From NCBI GenBank assembly GCA_951406725.2, contig OX597814.1, positions 173,104,001-173,168,000 on the forward strand: 64,000 bases of DNA. The letters are read 5' to 3'. Of the stretch, positions 40,757 to 55,015 are shown in pieces. The position numbers and the translations under genes were made by a program. The notes below the pieces were generated by a model. That model saw only the letters and a list, made by a program, of their open reading frames with translations, was not told where the DNA came from and ran no database searches. This DNA is from Octopus vulgaris. Taxonomy: Eukaryota. Each line of letters begins with the position of its first letter. Within the stretch, counting starts at the first letter, position 1.

Positions 40757-41484
40757 GTTATTATTATTGTTAGTTTTATTATTTTGTTTTATTATAATAT
40801 AACAACTTGTTTGTTTACAACTTATCACTTATCACGTTAGCTCACTTTTAAGTAAACAGAATGTATTAACACATGGCTTAAGATGGGACGCAGTTAGCGA
40901 CTGCGACGAACTCAAATACACACACACAGACGCACACATACGCACATGCACACATACCCATTTACACACATAGATGCAGAGACAGAGACAGAGTGGGAGA
41001 GACAGAGAGGGGTGGGTGAGAGGAACAGAAACGGAGACAGGGAGAGAAATACAAGGTCAAAGCGTATAAGATTATTGAAAGTTCTATATTATAAAAGGGA
41101 CTTCAAACAATGGCAAAATGTTCCAACTTTTTCTTCAGAGTGTTGGGTAGTCAAATTAATCTATCCTGGTATATGATTGGTATTTATCAACCACAGTAAA
41201 AAGGAAGGCGGAGGAGCGTGGCTTAGTGGTTAGGGTGATGGACTCACGATTGTAAGATTGGTTTCGATTCCTGGGCCGAGCGATGCGTTATGCACTTGAG
41301 CATAACACTTCATTTCATGTTGCTCTAAACCACTCAAATGGCAAAAATGAGTATTCCGTTATTTAGTCCAGGATGGGGGATATATAGACCAAATTACCGG
41401 GAAAACAGACCCCATGATTCCGTATGATTCGGGGATGAGTGTTTTCCGTTATTTACCTTTCAGAAAATAAGGGCGTAACAAGAT

Positions 41485-41701
41485 ATTGATTTCACATTTT
41501 TTTGGCACAAGGCCAGCAATTTCGGGAGAGTTGGGTAAACCGATTATATCGATCCCAGTGACTAACTGGTACTTGTTTTATAGATCCTGAAAGGACGAGA
41601 GGCAAAGTCGATTCCGGCGGGATTTGAACTCAGAACACGAAGACGGACGAAATGCCGCTAAGCATGTTGCCCGGCGTGCTAATGATTCTACTAGCTCGCC
41701 G
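41485..41701 (-). mobile_element. SINE family A with degenerate TSD
   Basis: Flanks TAAGGGCGTAACAAGATATTG / TAAGGCATAACAAGCTATTG. Confidence 0.78.
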
Positions 41702-42929
41702 TTTAAGGCATAACAAGCTATTGTAAACTATATATTCCTTCACACTATCGAGTCTACTTTCCACTTCATACCCGTGATAGTCATTTGATCTGCTGAGAAA
41801 TAGCAGCTAAACTGCATCAACTCACAGCGTAACATGTCTTGAAAAAAATCATGTTGGATAATGTGGTCATGGATTCTCTATAAATACTAAAATGATGGAA
41901 AGGTCATGGTTAGAATGCCTTTGATAATGGGTCTGATCGATCAGAATGAAAGTGGGGTTGAACAATTTCAACGACAACACTCAGTTGCTCTGAAATAAAG
42001 ATGGAGCCTGTAGCCAATGACAGAACCAATATAAGGACGTTTGATCTGCCAGAAATGACAACTAGATCCCCAACAAATTTTATTGTACTAATTTTGGATC
42101 GCAGTTTTAGAGTTTTAGATACGTTATTATGGAAGAAGAAATGGATGGATATGGCTGGGATCTTTTAACCGTATGTCTCGCTCGATCAAGATCGATCATT
42201 GGCTAAGAGGACTGCTTAACCATTCAGCCGTAAAAAATGACAAGATGATCACTGATCGAACGCCGTTGCTCATAGATCTGGCCAACAAGGGTCTGACCAG
42301 GGGTTGAAACAACAACAACAATAACATACAATAACATACAAGTAATAATAAATTGAGTGATTCTTCGTTGACGACGCAGTAATTTATAAAAATGTTATCG
42401 TGCAATCAATCTATGCCAGGCTTTCGGAAACATTTCGTACGTACAGAACCATCTAGATTGAGAGAAATTTTTTACGGCCTAAATGATATCAAGAAAAAAA
42501 TTACTAAAGTCAGTAATCCTTAAGATAACATGATTGCATAATTTAGTTACTTTCCAACCGGTAAAAATCTGTAACTTCATACTGCTCAATGATAGCCTTA
42601 ATATTTGGAATTAAAGATGTAAATTGTAAGCGAAAGACATTTATAATCAGTCGACTTCTAAATGTCTTAATTTATAATTGAATGAAATGAAAATGTTTTG
42701 AGACGGAAAAATGTAGTTAAGAGGAACATTAACTCTTTCAAACTATAGCTGGTAGACTAGGATGCTCCATTAAATATTGTTTCTAATTTAGACACAAGAT
42801 CAGCAATTTTAGAAAGAGTTAATCAATACTTGACTAGGATATTATTTTATCGTTCCTGAAGGGACAAAAGGCAGAGTTGACTTCCGTGGGATTTGAGCAC
42901 TGAACGAAAAAGAGATGGAAAAAGTACAA

Positions 42930-43930
42930 CCTCCACGGCTATAAGATATCAAGAATAAAATTACTCCTTAGAAGAGTATTTATATTCTTGTCAACAATCC
43001 AAGACACCAGAGAAAGAAATCCACTGAAAAACGCATGCATTGATTAGCAACGGACATTCCAAAAGACTAGTAGACTAGTAGAACTACCGGAGAAGACAAA
43101 CACAAATACATTACATGTTGATCAGAGAATAACCCAATGAAAATACACAAATGTAATATAAATTCATTTTATGAGCCAAATGCATAAAATCTATGGAACA
43201 GACGAATACTTGATGAAAAACCTCAAACACCGGAACGTAACATGGATCACACCCAACCATAAACTTAACACATAATTTACAAAAAAATACCAAACTAAAA
43301 GCTTCCTTATCCGCAATATACCGCAATTATGTAAACTAGGGAACACACGCTGTTAATTACCGCTGTGATCTATAATTTCGAAAGTAAAATTAAAGTTTGA
43401 AAATTGAAAATTTCAAACCCCCAGCTGCTACAACTAGCTGCTACATTGGGCATACTATGTCAGCGATTTCTCGTAGGCATCCATGCATTTACAACAAGGA
43501 ACAATCGCAAAATACTATACCTTATACCGCAAAACAAAGTTAGAAAAATACGTACACTCTCTATAAAATTCCTCATGAACATAGAAGATTAATTGTGGAA
43601 GCCATAATTACATGACAGTACAATTCCAAAATAAACATACAAGCAACATATCCAAAACAGATTAACACATGGCTACCTATGGATCAGAAATTGCACCAAA
43701 ACAACCAAATCAACGTAGAAATCTAACGATCAAAAAGTGTTTGTGTCTAAGTCTACATGAAACAATACAGACGCCAAGCAAGTTAAATTCATGAAAATGA
43801 GATTTTTCAAGTCTGGAAACATCGAATATGAAATTAGGATATTTTTTGTTCCAAACACTAATGGGAAAATACGAAAAATCTAAACTAAAACGATAAAACT
43901 TAAACACAGACTTGTATTTAATGAAACATA
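42930..43930 (+). mobile_element. Decayed Penelope-like retroelement 3' part (GIY-YIG endonuclease relic plus degenerate pLTR hammerhead at 43787-43827)
   Basis: Broken frames give ALISNGHSK, AVIYNFES, CYIGHTMSAISRRH (YIG at 43442), HLQQGTI and RRLIVEAIIT*QYNSKINIQ, matching the GIY-YIG motif order; downstream ATTC-ATGAAAA-...-GAAACATC-GAAT. Confidence 0.65.
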
Positions 43931-44019
43931 TATACATACAAACACACTCTCTCATGCATACAGAGACACATATATACATATACATATATGAATGCACACA
44001 TACACATACAATGCATATA

Positions 44020-44518
<499 letters not shown>

Positions 44519-44537
44519 GATAGATAGATAGATAGAT

Positions 44538-44613
<76 letters not shown>

Positions 44614-44775
44614 TGTATATACATACATACATACATACGCAAATATACACATACATACACACACACACACATACATACATACATACATACATACATACAT
44701 ACATACATACATACATACATACATACATACATACATACATACATACTTACATACATGTATGCATGCATACATATA

Positions 44776-45964
44776 CGAGGCGGCATCAAAAGTTTCCCGG
44801 ACTAGTTATGTTTAATAAAAAAGATTAACTTATTTAATTAGTTTTTAACATCATCTGCTTCGAAATAGTCACCGTGAACAGCAATGCAGCAATCCCAGTC
44901 TTTCTACTACTTCTGGAATCTGACCTGGAAGTCGTTTTCTGTAAGCGGGTCGAGGTTCTTTTGCGATTCATTCTGGATTTCGACAGCAGTGTATAAACGG
45001 CAAAATTTGAGCGGCATTTTCATTTTGAGGAAAAGGTGGAAGAGTCCGCAGATGCTAAATCTGGCGAAGAGGGCGGGTACGAAAGCGATACCATGTAGTT
45101 TTTGGCGAAAAATTCACGAGTGAGGAGAGTTTGGCGGCAGAGAGCATTGTCGTCGTGAAGAATAAAATTCTTCGCGCACAACAGATCTAGTCGCTTTCAC
45201 CGAATGTCCTCCCTCAAACGTTTCAAAACGTTGCTGTTGAACTTTGGACTGACAGCCTAATCCTGAGGGACGAATTCCCGATGCATAATACCACATTTCC
45301 GGGGGTAATTCTCGTGGCAGTTCTTCCAGATCGTTTATCGTCTTCCAGGGACAGTCTTCCGCTTTTTGTTGTGTGGACGCCCCCAGACGATGAAGTAGGC
45401 TAGCTCAATATGTAGATATAGAGGGAGAAGCCTAGACGTCAAGAGAACAGTTGAGCATCTGTGAGAGCACAGTAGAAGAGAGTCAAGATTCGAGCAGAGT
45501 TGAGTAGCGGTGAGAGGACAGCACAGTAGAGTCGAGAGTAGCAGTCGGAGCAGAGAGCAGAGAAAGAGAGTTGAGTAGTAGAGGCATCCGAACGTGTGAC
45601 ATAACACTTTTGAAGTGCCCGAGCCACCCACTCGAAACATTGCGTACGACCCATTGCCTCGCCGCCGTATGCTTGGCGGAGCATGCTGAATATCCCTGTA
45701 GTAGACTTCCCAAGTTCAACGCGAAATTTCACTTTGGCACTTTGCTCCTGTCCATGACAAAATCGCAGACATGCGATCACAAAAATACGATCACAAACAT
45801 GCGATCACAAAAATACAAATTTTACAAGTTGCGAAGTAAACACAGCAATGTCACTCGCCACACTGCCTCATGAAGGCCACTGTTAGCTTTCAGTTTGCAT
45901 GTAACTGTGTTGCCATCTGTTGGTGCGCTACAGAACTAGTCCTGGAACTTTTGATACCACCTCG
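44776..45964 (-). mobile_element. Mariner-like transposon with both TIRs and an internally deleted, decayed transposase
   Basis: TA-CGAGGCGGCATCAAAAGTTTCCCGGACTAGTT ... AACTAGTCCTGGAACTTTTGATACCACCTCG-TA; N-terminus EQSAKVKFRVELGKS..MLRQAYGGEAMGRTQCFEW; C-terminus HDDNA..YPPSSPDLA..GDYFE. Confidence 0.88.
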
Positions 45965-46409
45965 TACACAAACACACACGCATATGTGAACAATTAAATC
46001 CTCTTGAATTACAAACGGTTTCGCCTTTCAAAGGGCAAAGAATGGGTGATGAGTAATTGCGTAACAATATATAAGCAAAAATATTCGAAACAAGCATAGC
46101 TCACAGAACATTGAAACTTGATTGCCTTCCCAAAAATCTTATATATTCTGCAACCAATCAAATATCGAAGTGTAGCGAAACAACCATAACTCGATAGCTA
46201 TTGAATGTTGGTGCGGATGTTTTCTCACTGCTACGCCTCAGTAATTGGTTATATAATCGTGAAATCTGAAACTTACCGGTACATTTAAAAAAACTACAGA
46301 TTTTCATAAAATATATGCACTTTACTCCATGTATTGACTACATTTTGTTGGTAATTTAATAAGTATCGGCTTACAGTGAACTCCACTACAAACATACACA
46401 CACGCATAT

Positions 46410-46466
<57 letters not shown>

Positions 46467-46946
46467 CGTATGTGTGTGCATGCAACTAGATATATATATA
46501 TACGTATCCGTACATACACACACATATAGATATGTATCCAAAATACCCACACACACATACATAATACACACTAACACATTAATACACACACATGGTGGAT
46601 TTGAACACATTTCTCTCGTTCTCCCTCGTTCGTCATTCCTTCTCTCTCTCCCACTCTCTCTCCCACACTCTCTCCTTCTCTCTTTTCCTCTCTCTTTCTT
46701 CCTCTTTCTCTCTCTCTCTCTCTCTTTCTCTTTCTCTCTGTCTTTCTTTGTGCCTGTGTGTAGTTATTAGTGTTGGACGAATATCCTTCACCAATTTGTC
46801 AAGATTTTTATCAATCATTGATCTACAATCAGTACAAAGGTGCTTGACAATTTGGTAGACTCATCTGTCATACACCCAGTATATAGCATAAAAAAGATGA
46901 TCTTGGATAAACACTTTGCTACAAGATACAAATCCAATCTGAATAC

Positions 46947-46996
<50 letters not shown>

Positions 46997-46997
46997 G

Positions 46998-47122
46998 GGC
47001 TGTAATGGTATATGGAAGATATTAGCAAAATGAAACTTCTGGAATGACCAATGGTGAGATGAAGAGATTACATAAGAATGAGATGAGCAGGGCGATTTAG
47101 GCGAATAAATGGTGTCAGTATT
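46998..47122 (+). pseudogene. RTE-like LINE scrap
   Basis: VMVYG..ETSGMTNGEMKRLHKNEM..RRINGVS resembles MLYGSETW.....RRL...EM...R.I.GV. Confidence 0.4.
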
Positions 47123-47268
47123 AGTTTGATCTCTACACTGGTTCCATGGGTCACTCTAGATTGTGGTGATTGCTATCTCGTAGCCGAAAGCATCATTGTA
47201 CAGTTTGTAAATGAATATAATTTTGAGCAGCACTAACATGGTGTTTGTATATATGAATATATATGTAT

Positions 47269-47338
<70 letters not shown>

Positions 47339-47362
47339 GCATATATATACATATATATATAC

Positions 47363-47395
<33 letters not shown>

Positions 47396-47426
47396 AAACA
47401 TGGTGTGTGTGTATATATATAACATG

Positions 47427-47469
<43 letters not shown>

Positions 47470-48150
47470 TGTATGTATGTGTGTGTATATGTATGAGTTA
47501 CATTGTATTTGTGTGTGTGTGTGTGTTTATGTGCATGTGTGTACTTCTGTGTGCCATCTTGATGTCTTGCTTACGGAGTCTAAAGGCTATTCAGAGTAGG
47601 AGGAAAATATCGAGTTGAAAAATTGGTCTGGAAACAGAGGTTACCGTAGTTGAACTCAATGAAAATAGATTACAGTGCACCAACATTCACTCTGGTTAAT
47701 AAGTAAATAGTGTTATATCTTGGTTTCTCTGCTCTTGCAATATCGCGTTTTACAATATAAGCAGATAAACGTATAATACAACATTAACAATAGAAATGCA
47801 TCGACGTTGTTCCAACCGACCGTATGCGTGCATATTTTTGCTTCGTAATATGGTTTTGTTTTATTCATAATTTCACTCTGATAACAAAGAGGTGTATAAC
47901 CTTGCAAAGATCTTCCTTGTTTGGAAGAGAGCGAGCCGGGTGAGAGAAAGAGGAACGACGGGGGGGGGGGGGGCGACAAAGCAATATTAGGAGAGGTTGA
48001 GATGATTAATTTTCATTATAAATATTCAAAAGCATGGACTGCAGGGAAAGCAATAAGAGGTGAGAGAATTCTAGGAGGAAGCCAAATTGTTCTGGCCACA
48101 GTTTGTAATTACACCACCCCCCATCCCGCCCACGAAAGTACTGAAGTTAT

Positions 48151-49021
<871 letters not shown>

Positions 49022-49339
49022 GCCGCGGATCATTCGAACACAAGACAGCTAAAAACAACCACGTGGATCCTGTTGAAACAATTATGAACTTTTTCATTAC
49101 ACTCAACTTGAAACTTACAGCTATTATGCTTACTACCGACAAAACACCACCACATGGATTTTGTTGAGACCAGTAAGAAACAGGTATGAACTTTTTTTTA
49201 TTACACTTAACTTTTTAAAATATTTTTGATAAGGTTCGTTTTTTCAAGAAGACATAAAATTTCTAAGAAAATTAAAATTTATCTTATATAGTGGCGTTTT
49301 CAAACTTCTTGGATAGAGTTGACATATCGGTTCCATTCT

Positions 49340-49417
49340 AGCAAAAACTGTCCGATGAACGGCAACGGGAAACTCAGGGTAACAGGTTTTGTTGAATTTT
49401 CTGGTGCTTTAAATAAA

Positions 49418-49420
<3 letters not shown>
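49340..49420 (+). mobile_element. pLTR-like fragment with minimal hammerhead (49348-49385)
   Basis: CTGT-CCGATGA-ACGGCAACGG-GAAA-CTCAGG-GTA-ACAG followed by the family tail and (TA)n. Confidence 0.62.
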
Positions 49421-49512
<92 letters not shown>

Positions 49513-49526
49513 TACATACATACACA

Positions 49527-49650
<124 letters not shown>

Positions 49651-50520
49651 TTGCTCAGATATAAATATGGATATATGTAAATACTCGCATCCTGCAATTC
49701 ATTTGGATCTGGGGATTATAGACAGCAGAGCAATATGTGTAATGAATGTAACCACATGTGCGACCTTGATGTCTCGTTGTGTATTTAGTCAGTCATTTGT
49801 GAATGTATGCATAACTTGAATATATATCCATGTTCACTTTAGTGAGTATATTGTACACAATAGCGCTACCACCGACCTGACGTTGGTGCTTTCACTGTTG
49901 GGGTCGCTGCTATAATCGGTTTTCTAACGGCTTTTCTTTTTTGTACCATTCGAAACTTCTTATTCTTTAAACAAGTTAATTATTGATTTGCGGCCCGATA
50001 GCAAATGATCCACGGACTGGTAGTGGTCCGTGGCCCGGGACTTCTGTTTTAGACTGTTGTATATTAAAGGGAATTTGTCAGTTAATTCAGTAGATCAAGA
50101 GACATCATAGAGGCTTCCTCGTATACTTCTGCTCCAGTAATTACTGTACATAATTTTAGTACTGTCAATGGGGTTATTACTGTTTTTTCATTATCTTTGT
50201 ATTGTACTAAACATTATTATTGTGGTTGTTGACATTTTCTGGAGGCGCGTTGCTTAGTAGTTACGTAAGAGTATTATTACGATTCCTGAACCAGGTGAAA
50301 TGCTGTTGTTCTTTGAACAAAGCACGTCATTTCGCGTTGCTCCAGTCCAGTCATTTGGAGAAAAAAATGAGTAACCCAGCGACAGACCATCGTCGAGGGA
50401 AACCGGTCTCATGAGCTTATGGTTCGGGAAGGACCAGTGATCCTTTTCTAAGGCAGTTGATCCTTCGACCCATTTTTTAAGGCCGTATAGTGTCAGGTAA
50501 AATAACTTGCATTATTTTTA

Positions 50521-51162
50521 AGGCGGTGAACTAGCAGAATCATTAGCACACCAGGCAAAATGCTTAGCGGCATTTTGTTCGTCATTACGTTCTGAGCTTT
50601 GTGTTTCACCCTATCGGGGTCGATAAAATAGGTTCCTTATTTCTTTATTGCCCACAAGGGGCTAAACATAGAGGGGACAAACAAAGACAGACAAAGGTAT
50701 TATGTTAATTACATCGACCCCAGTACGTAACTGGTACTTAATTTATCGACTCCGAAAGGATGAAAGGCAAAGTCGACCTCGGCGGAATTTAAACTCAGAA
50801 CGTAACGGCAGACGAAATACCTATTTCTTTACTACCCATAAGAGACTAAACACAGAAAGAACAAACAAGGACAGACAAACGGATTAAGTCGATTATATCG
50901 ACCCCAGAGAGTAACTGGTACTTAATTTATCGACCCCGAAAGGATGAAAGGCAAAGTCGACCTCGACGGAATTTGAACTCAGAACGTAGCGGCAGACGAA
51001 ATACGGCTACGCATTTCGCCCGGCGTGTTAACGATTCACCTTTGCTCGTCACCTTTGAGCTCGTTGATAAAATAAGTTCCAGTCAAGCACTAGAGACCAT
51101 GTAACCGACTAACGCCTTCCCCACCCAAATTTCAGGCCTTGTGCCTATAATAGAAAGGACTA
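50521..51162. mobile_element. Nested SINE family A cluster: minus-strand composite copy (~50637-51037) between plus-strand pieces
   Basis: Head on + at 50521, reverse-oriented double body, then + strand tail. Confidence 0.75.
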
Positions 51163-52091
51163 TTGTTGTTACATTGGCTATAGACATTCTTGCCATAATT
51201 GTTCCCCTTGTTGCTATTGCAGTTGTTATGATTCTCATATTGCTGTAGTCATTTTTTCATCACTGTTCTTATTATTACCAGCATTGTGGTCGTTAGTGTT
51301 GCTGCTATAACATTTGTTATTACAGTAGTCATTACAGATGTTATTGTTGTTGTCATTATCGCTGTTATTATTGTTGCTTTTGTCGTTTCTATTGCTTCTG
51401 TTATTATTGCTGTTCTTCTTGCCATTTCTACAAAAATTTTTAAAACAATTTCTTTTGAGGATTTTTTCTTTCATGTCGTCTTTGTTAATTTCTTAGATAT
51501 CCGTACAATATTTATTTATATTTTTCATATTTTCATGTTACTTTTGTTTTTCTTATCATTGATAAGGATGTTTTTACTATTGTCTTTTTTCAATTCTTAA
51601 TAATGCTTATTGTTGCTTTATTTTGTATGTCTGATAAAATAACTACACATTCATGTTCGCATTCTTATAGTTAATATAGACATTGCAACAAATATTTGTT
51701 TCATTTGAGTTTATTCCTGTGTGTTTTTGGTGGAGTGTTGCATAGTAGTGTATTTCATTATATTCAGAGTTATCTGTCCATCGTTCTTCTTTACTTTTCT
51801 TGCCTTTGTTATGGGTCGGTCTTCACAGCATTTACTTTTTGACAGAACACCACCCATGGACATGTGTTGATGTTTCTTTCGTATTTATGAATATTGTTCT
51901 TGTATAAGCGAGAGACCGAGAAGAAACAGCAATGTGCATATATAGACAGAATTTGTATAGATATGGTTGCGTATGTGATTAAAATTTTACTCACAGACTT
52001 GCAGTTTTCATATAGAGGTACTGCACTCCATGTGTTTACATTTTCCCGCATGTTTTGCTGTCGCAACGCATCTGGGGGATGTTATCGTTAT

Positions 52092-52139
<48 letters not shown>

Positions 52140-52142
<3 letters not shown>

Positions 52143-52320
52143 ATAAAAATGGTAAGACAACAAAAGAGAAAAGAAAGAGACCTCGATATTATGTAAATAG
52201 ATGAATTTATCTGTAAATGTAATATGTGACGATTATTCGTTAGCCATGATAAAACTCCGAGTTTCGGATGCCGTGGTGGAAATCCACGCCGCCATCTCTT
52301 CAGTTGTCCGGCCATCGGAA
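52140..52320 (-). mobile_element. pLTR-like fragment with hammerhead (52248-52308)
   Basis: Minus strand GACAA-CTGAAGA-GATG...CATCC-GAAA-CTC G GAG-TT-TTATC; abuts (TA)n. Confidence 0.6.
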
Positions 52321-52736
52321 AAATGCTATATATACACCATATAAGTACAATCTCTCGGTTTCCTAAGATGGCTTACATTAAAATATAGTTCGTTGTTTTT
52401 GCGTGCTTCGTAATGGTTTCAGATTTGACATATCCTCTCGGCAGATTGATATCACACGTCCATGTTGTTTACTATTCGCTGCGGTATTTTTCATTATTAT
52501 TGTTATTATTATCATTTTCGTTAAATTCTGTTTCCATTTCCCGCCGAGTGTCTTCCTGACACATAGAGCTGAGAAACGCACTGTATTCATTGGTAGGCCA
52601 TTAAAATAAGCACATCAAATTGTCCATTTACAACATCATGTGATAGAGAAGAAGGAGAGAAAGACAGACAGAAAAGATAAGAAATAAAAGATGAAAAAGT
52701 AAATAAAGAAAATAAATGGGAAAATGGAAAGAAAAT

Positions 52737-53301
52737 TCACAGCGACAATGCGCTTCTTAATACGTGTAACGTACCAGTTAAGATATTCTTTTCCACTTGC
52801 TGTATGGATGGTAAGCCAGGGATCATCCTCAAATAATTTTCAGTTCTTTTTTTGATCATTCTAAGTTATCCTACAGTCACTGGTATTGTAACCGTCTTGA
52901 GATGCCACATCTTTTCGATTTCGATGAGCAAATCCTTATATTTTCTCAGCTTATCAAATTCTTTTGCAGAGATATTATGGTCACAGGTTATGCTCATATC
53001 AATCTTTAAACAGGCTTTATTGTTTTGATCTTCCACAACAATATCTGGTTTATTTGCTTTGATGGTCAGGTCTGTACATATTGGGAAGTCTCAAAGAATA
53101 GTTACATTTTCTCCTTCAGATACAACCCCTGGATGGTGCTTGTACCAGTGTAGATATTGGCCAACACGGTCATGTCTTGATTTGTACTCTACAGGTGGTA
53201 AAAATTTTTACAACCAGAGATTCGGTTGTCCACTGTTTCTATCCCGTCGTTGCAGTATCGGTAATTTGGGACTACACCAGTTTCATCAGGTTGGCTTGAT
53301 A
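52737..53301 (-). pseudogene. Third R4/Dong-type fragment: degenerate zinc knuckle plus RLE endonuclease
   Basis: YRYCNDGIETVDNRISGC, YKSRHDRV, KANKPDIVV, IDMS, KEFDKLRKYKDLLIEIEKMW, ILTGTLHVLRSALSL*; contains stops and frameshifts; 5' end abuts (TAA)n. Confidence 0.82.
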
Positions 53302-53325
53302 TTATTATTATTATTATTATTATTA

Positions 53326-53380
<55 letters not shown>

Positions 53381-53381
53381 A

Positions 53382-53604
53382 CCGATGAGTTGGCAGAATC
53401 GTTAGCATGCTAGATGAAATGCTTAGCGGTATTTTGTCCGTCGCTACGTTCCGAGTTCAAATTCTGCCGAGGTCGACCTTACCTTTCATATTTTCGGGTT
53501 CGATAAATTAAGTATCAGTAAAACACTGGGGTCGATGTAATAGACTATCCTCCTCCCCCAAAATTCAGGCCTTGTGCCTATAGTAGAAAGCATTATTATT
53601 ATTA

Positions 53605-53700
<96 letters not shown>

Positions 53701-54300
53701 GTGTTATTGTAAGGCGGCGAGCCGGCATAATCGTTAGCGCGCCGGGCGGAATTGTTAGCGGCATTTCGCCCGTCCTAACCATCTGATTTGAAATTCCACC
53801 GAAGTCGACTTTGCCTTTGATACTTCAGGGGTCGATAGAAATAAGTACCAGTTGGGTACTGAGTTTGATGCAACTGACTGACTTTCTCCTCCAAACTTCA
53901 GGCCTTGTGCTATAGTAGAAAGGATTATTAGTGTTGTAGTTTAAGGCACTAGATGAGCAGATTTCATTAGAGCGTCAGAATAACTGCTTTATAGAATTGT
54001 TCTGATGCTTTACTTTCTTAATTCATTTCCCGTTGAGATCAACTTCACTTTTCATCCCTCCAGGATCATTAAATAATATACCAGTAGAATACTTGGATCG
54101 ATACTATCGGCTAATCTCTTTTCCTCAAGATTGCTGTACTTATATTTGAGGTCAGAATTATTAGCACACCGAGGAAAAAAATGCTTAACAGCATTTCGTC
54201 TCACCAAGGTCGGCTTTGAGTTTCATTCTTTCAGGATTGATAAAAAAAGAGTACCAGCTGAACACTGGGGTCGATTTGAACTAAGTAACTAATTGTTGGT
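53382..54300 (+). mobile_element. Run of four SINE family A copies of decreasing integrity, partly separated by (ATT)n
   Basis: Repeated head/body motifs at ~53382, 53712, 53945 and 54150. Confidence 0.7.
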
Positions 54301-54417
54301 CTTTTGCTCAAAAGTTTTGGTCTTTTGCCAGAACTTGAAACAGTTATTGTTATTATGTGTATATTTATTTATTTATTTATTTATTTATTTTGTTGTTGTC
54401 TTCTTTCTTCTTCTTCT

Positions 54418-54829
54418 TCCAATCAGGACTCACACCATTAGCCACAAAGAGTAATCTCTAATTCGAGCCTGCTCTAAGCTACTAAGAATGCGTGTGGCAA
54501 CTTGAAGATCCACCCACCGCACGCGATAGGCTGGCGGTTGCACGGGCGCGAAAGCTGCGTTGTTATCCTCATTCCGTAAACAGTGGCTTTTAACGGGTGG
54601 AGAGCTGAACCATCCTGGGTTCCTCTGCTTTGTGGCAGAAGTAGGAAGAAAGAGTGAGAGAAAGTTGTGGTGAAAGAGTACAGCGGTGTTCACCCCGCCC
54701 CCGCCCGGGCCTCGTGGAGCTTAGGTGTTTTTGTTCAATAAACATTCATAATGCCCGGTCTGGGAATCGAAACCGCGTTCTTACGACCGCGAGTCCACTG
54801 TCCTGACCACTGGACCATTGCGCCTCCAC
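54418..54829 (-). mobile_element. SINE family B (tail type 3)
   Basis: Reverse-complement similarity to 34045-34497; short (GAA)n end. Confidence 0.82.
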
Positions 54830-54948
54830 AGGCGCAATGGCCTAGTGGTTGTTGTTGTTGTTGTTGTTTTTGTTGTTGTTGCTGCTGCTGCTGCTGCTGT
54901 TGTTGTTGTTGTTGTTGTTCTGGTTGTTGTTGTTGTTGTTGGTGGTGG

Positions 54949-55015
<67 letters not shown>

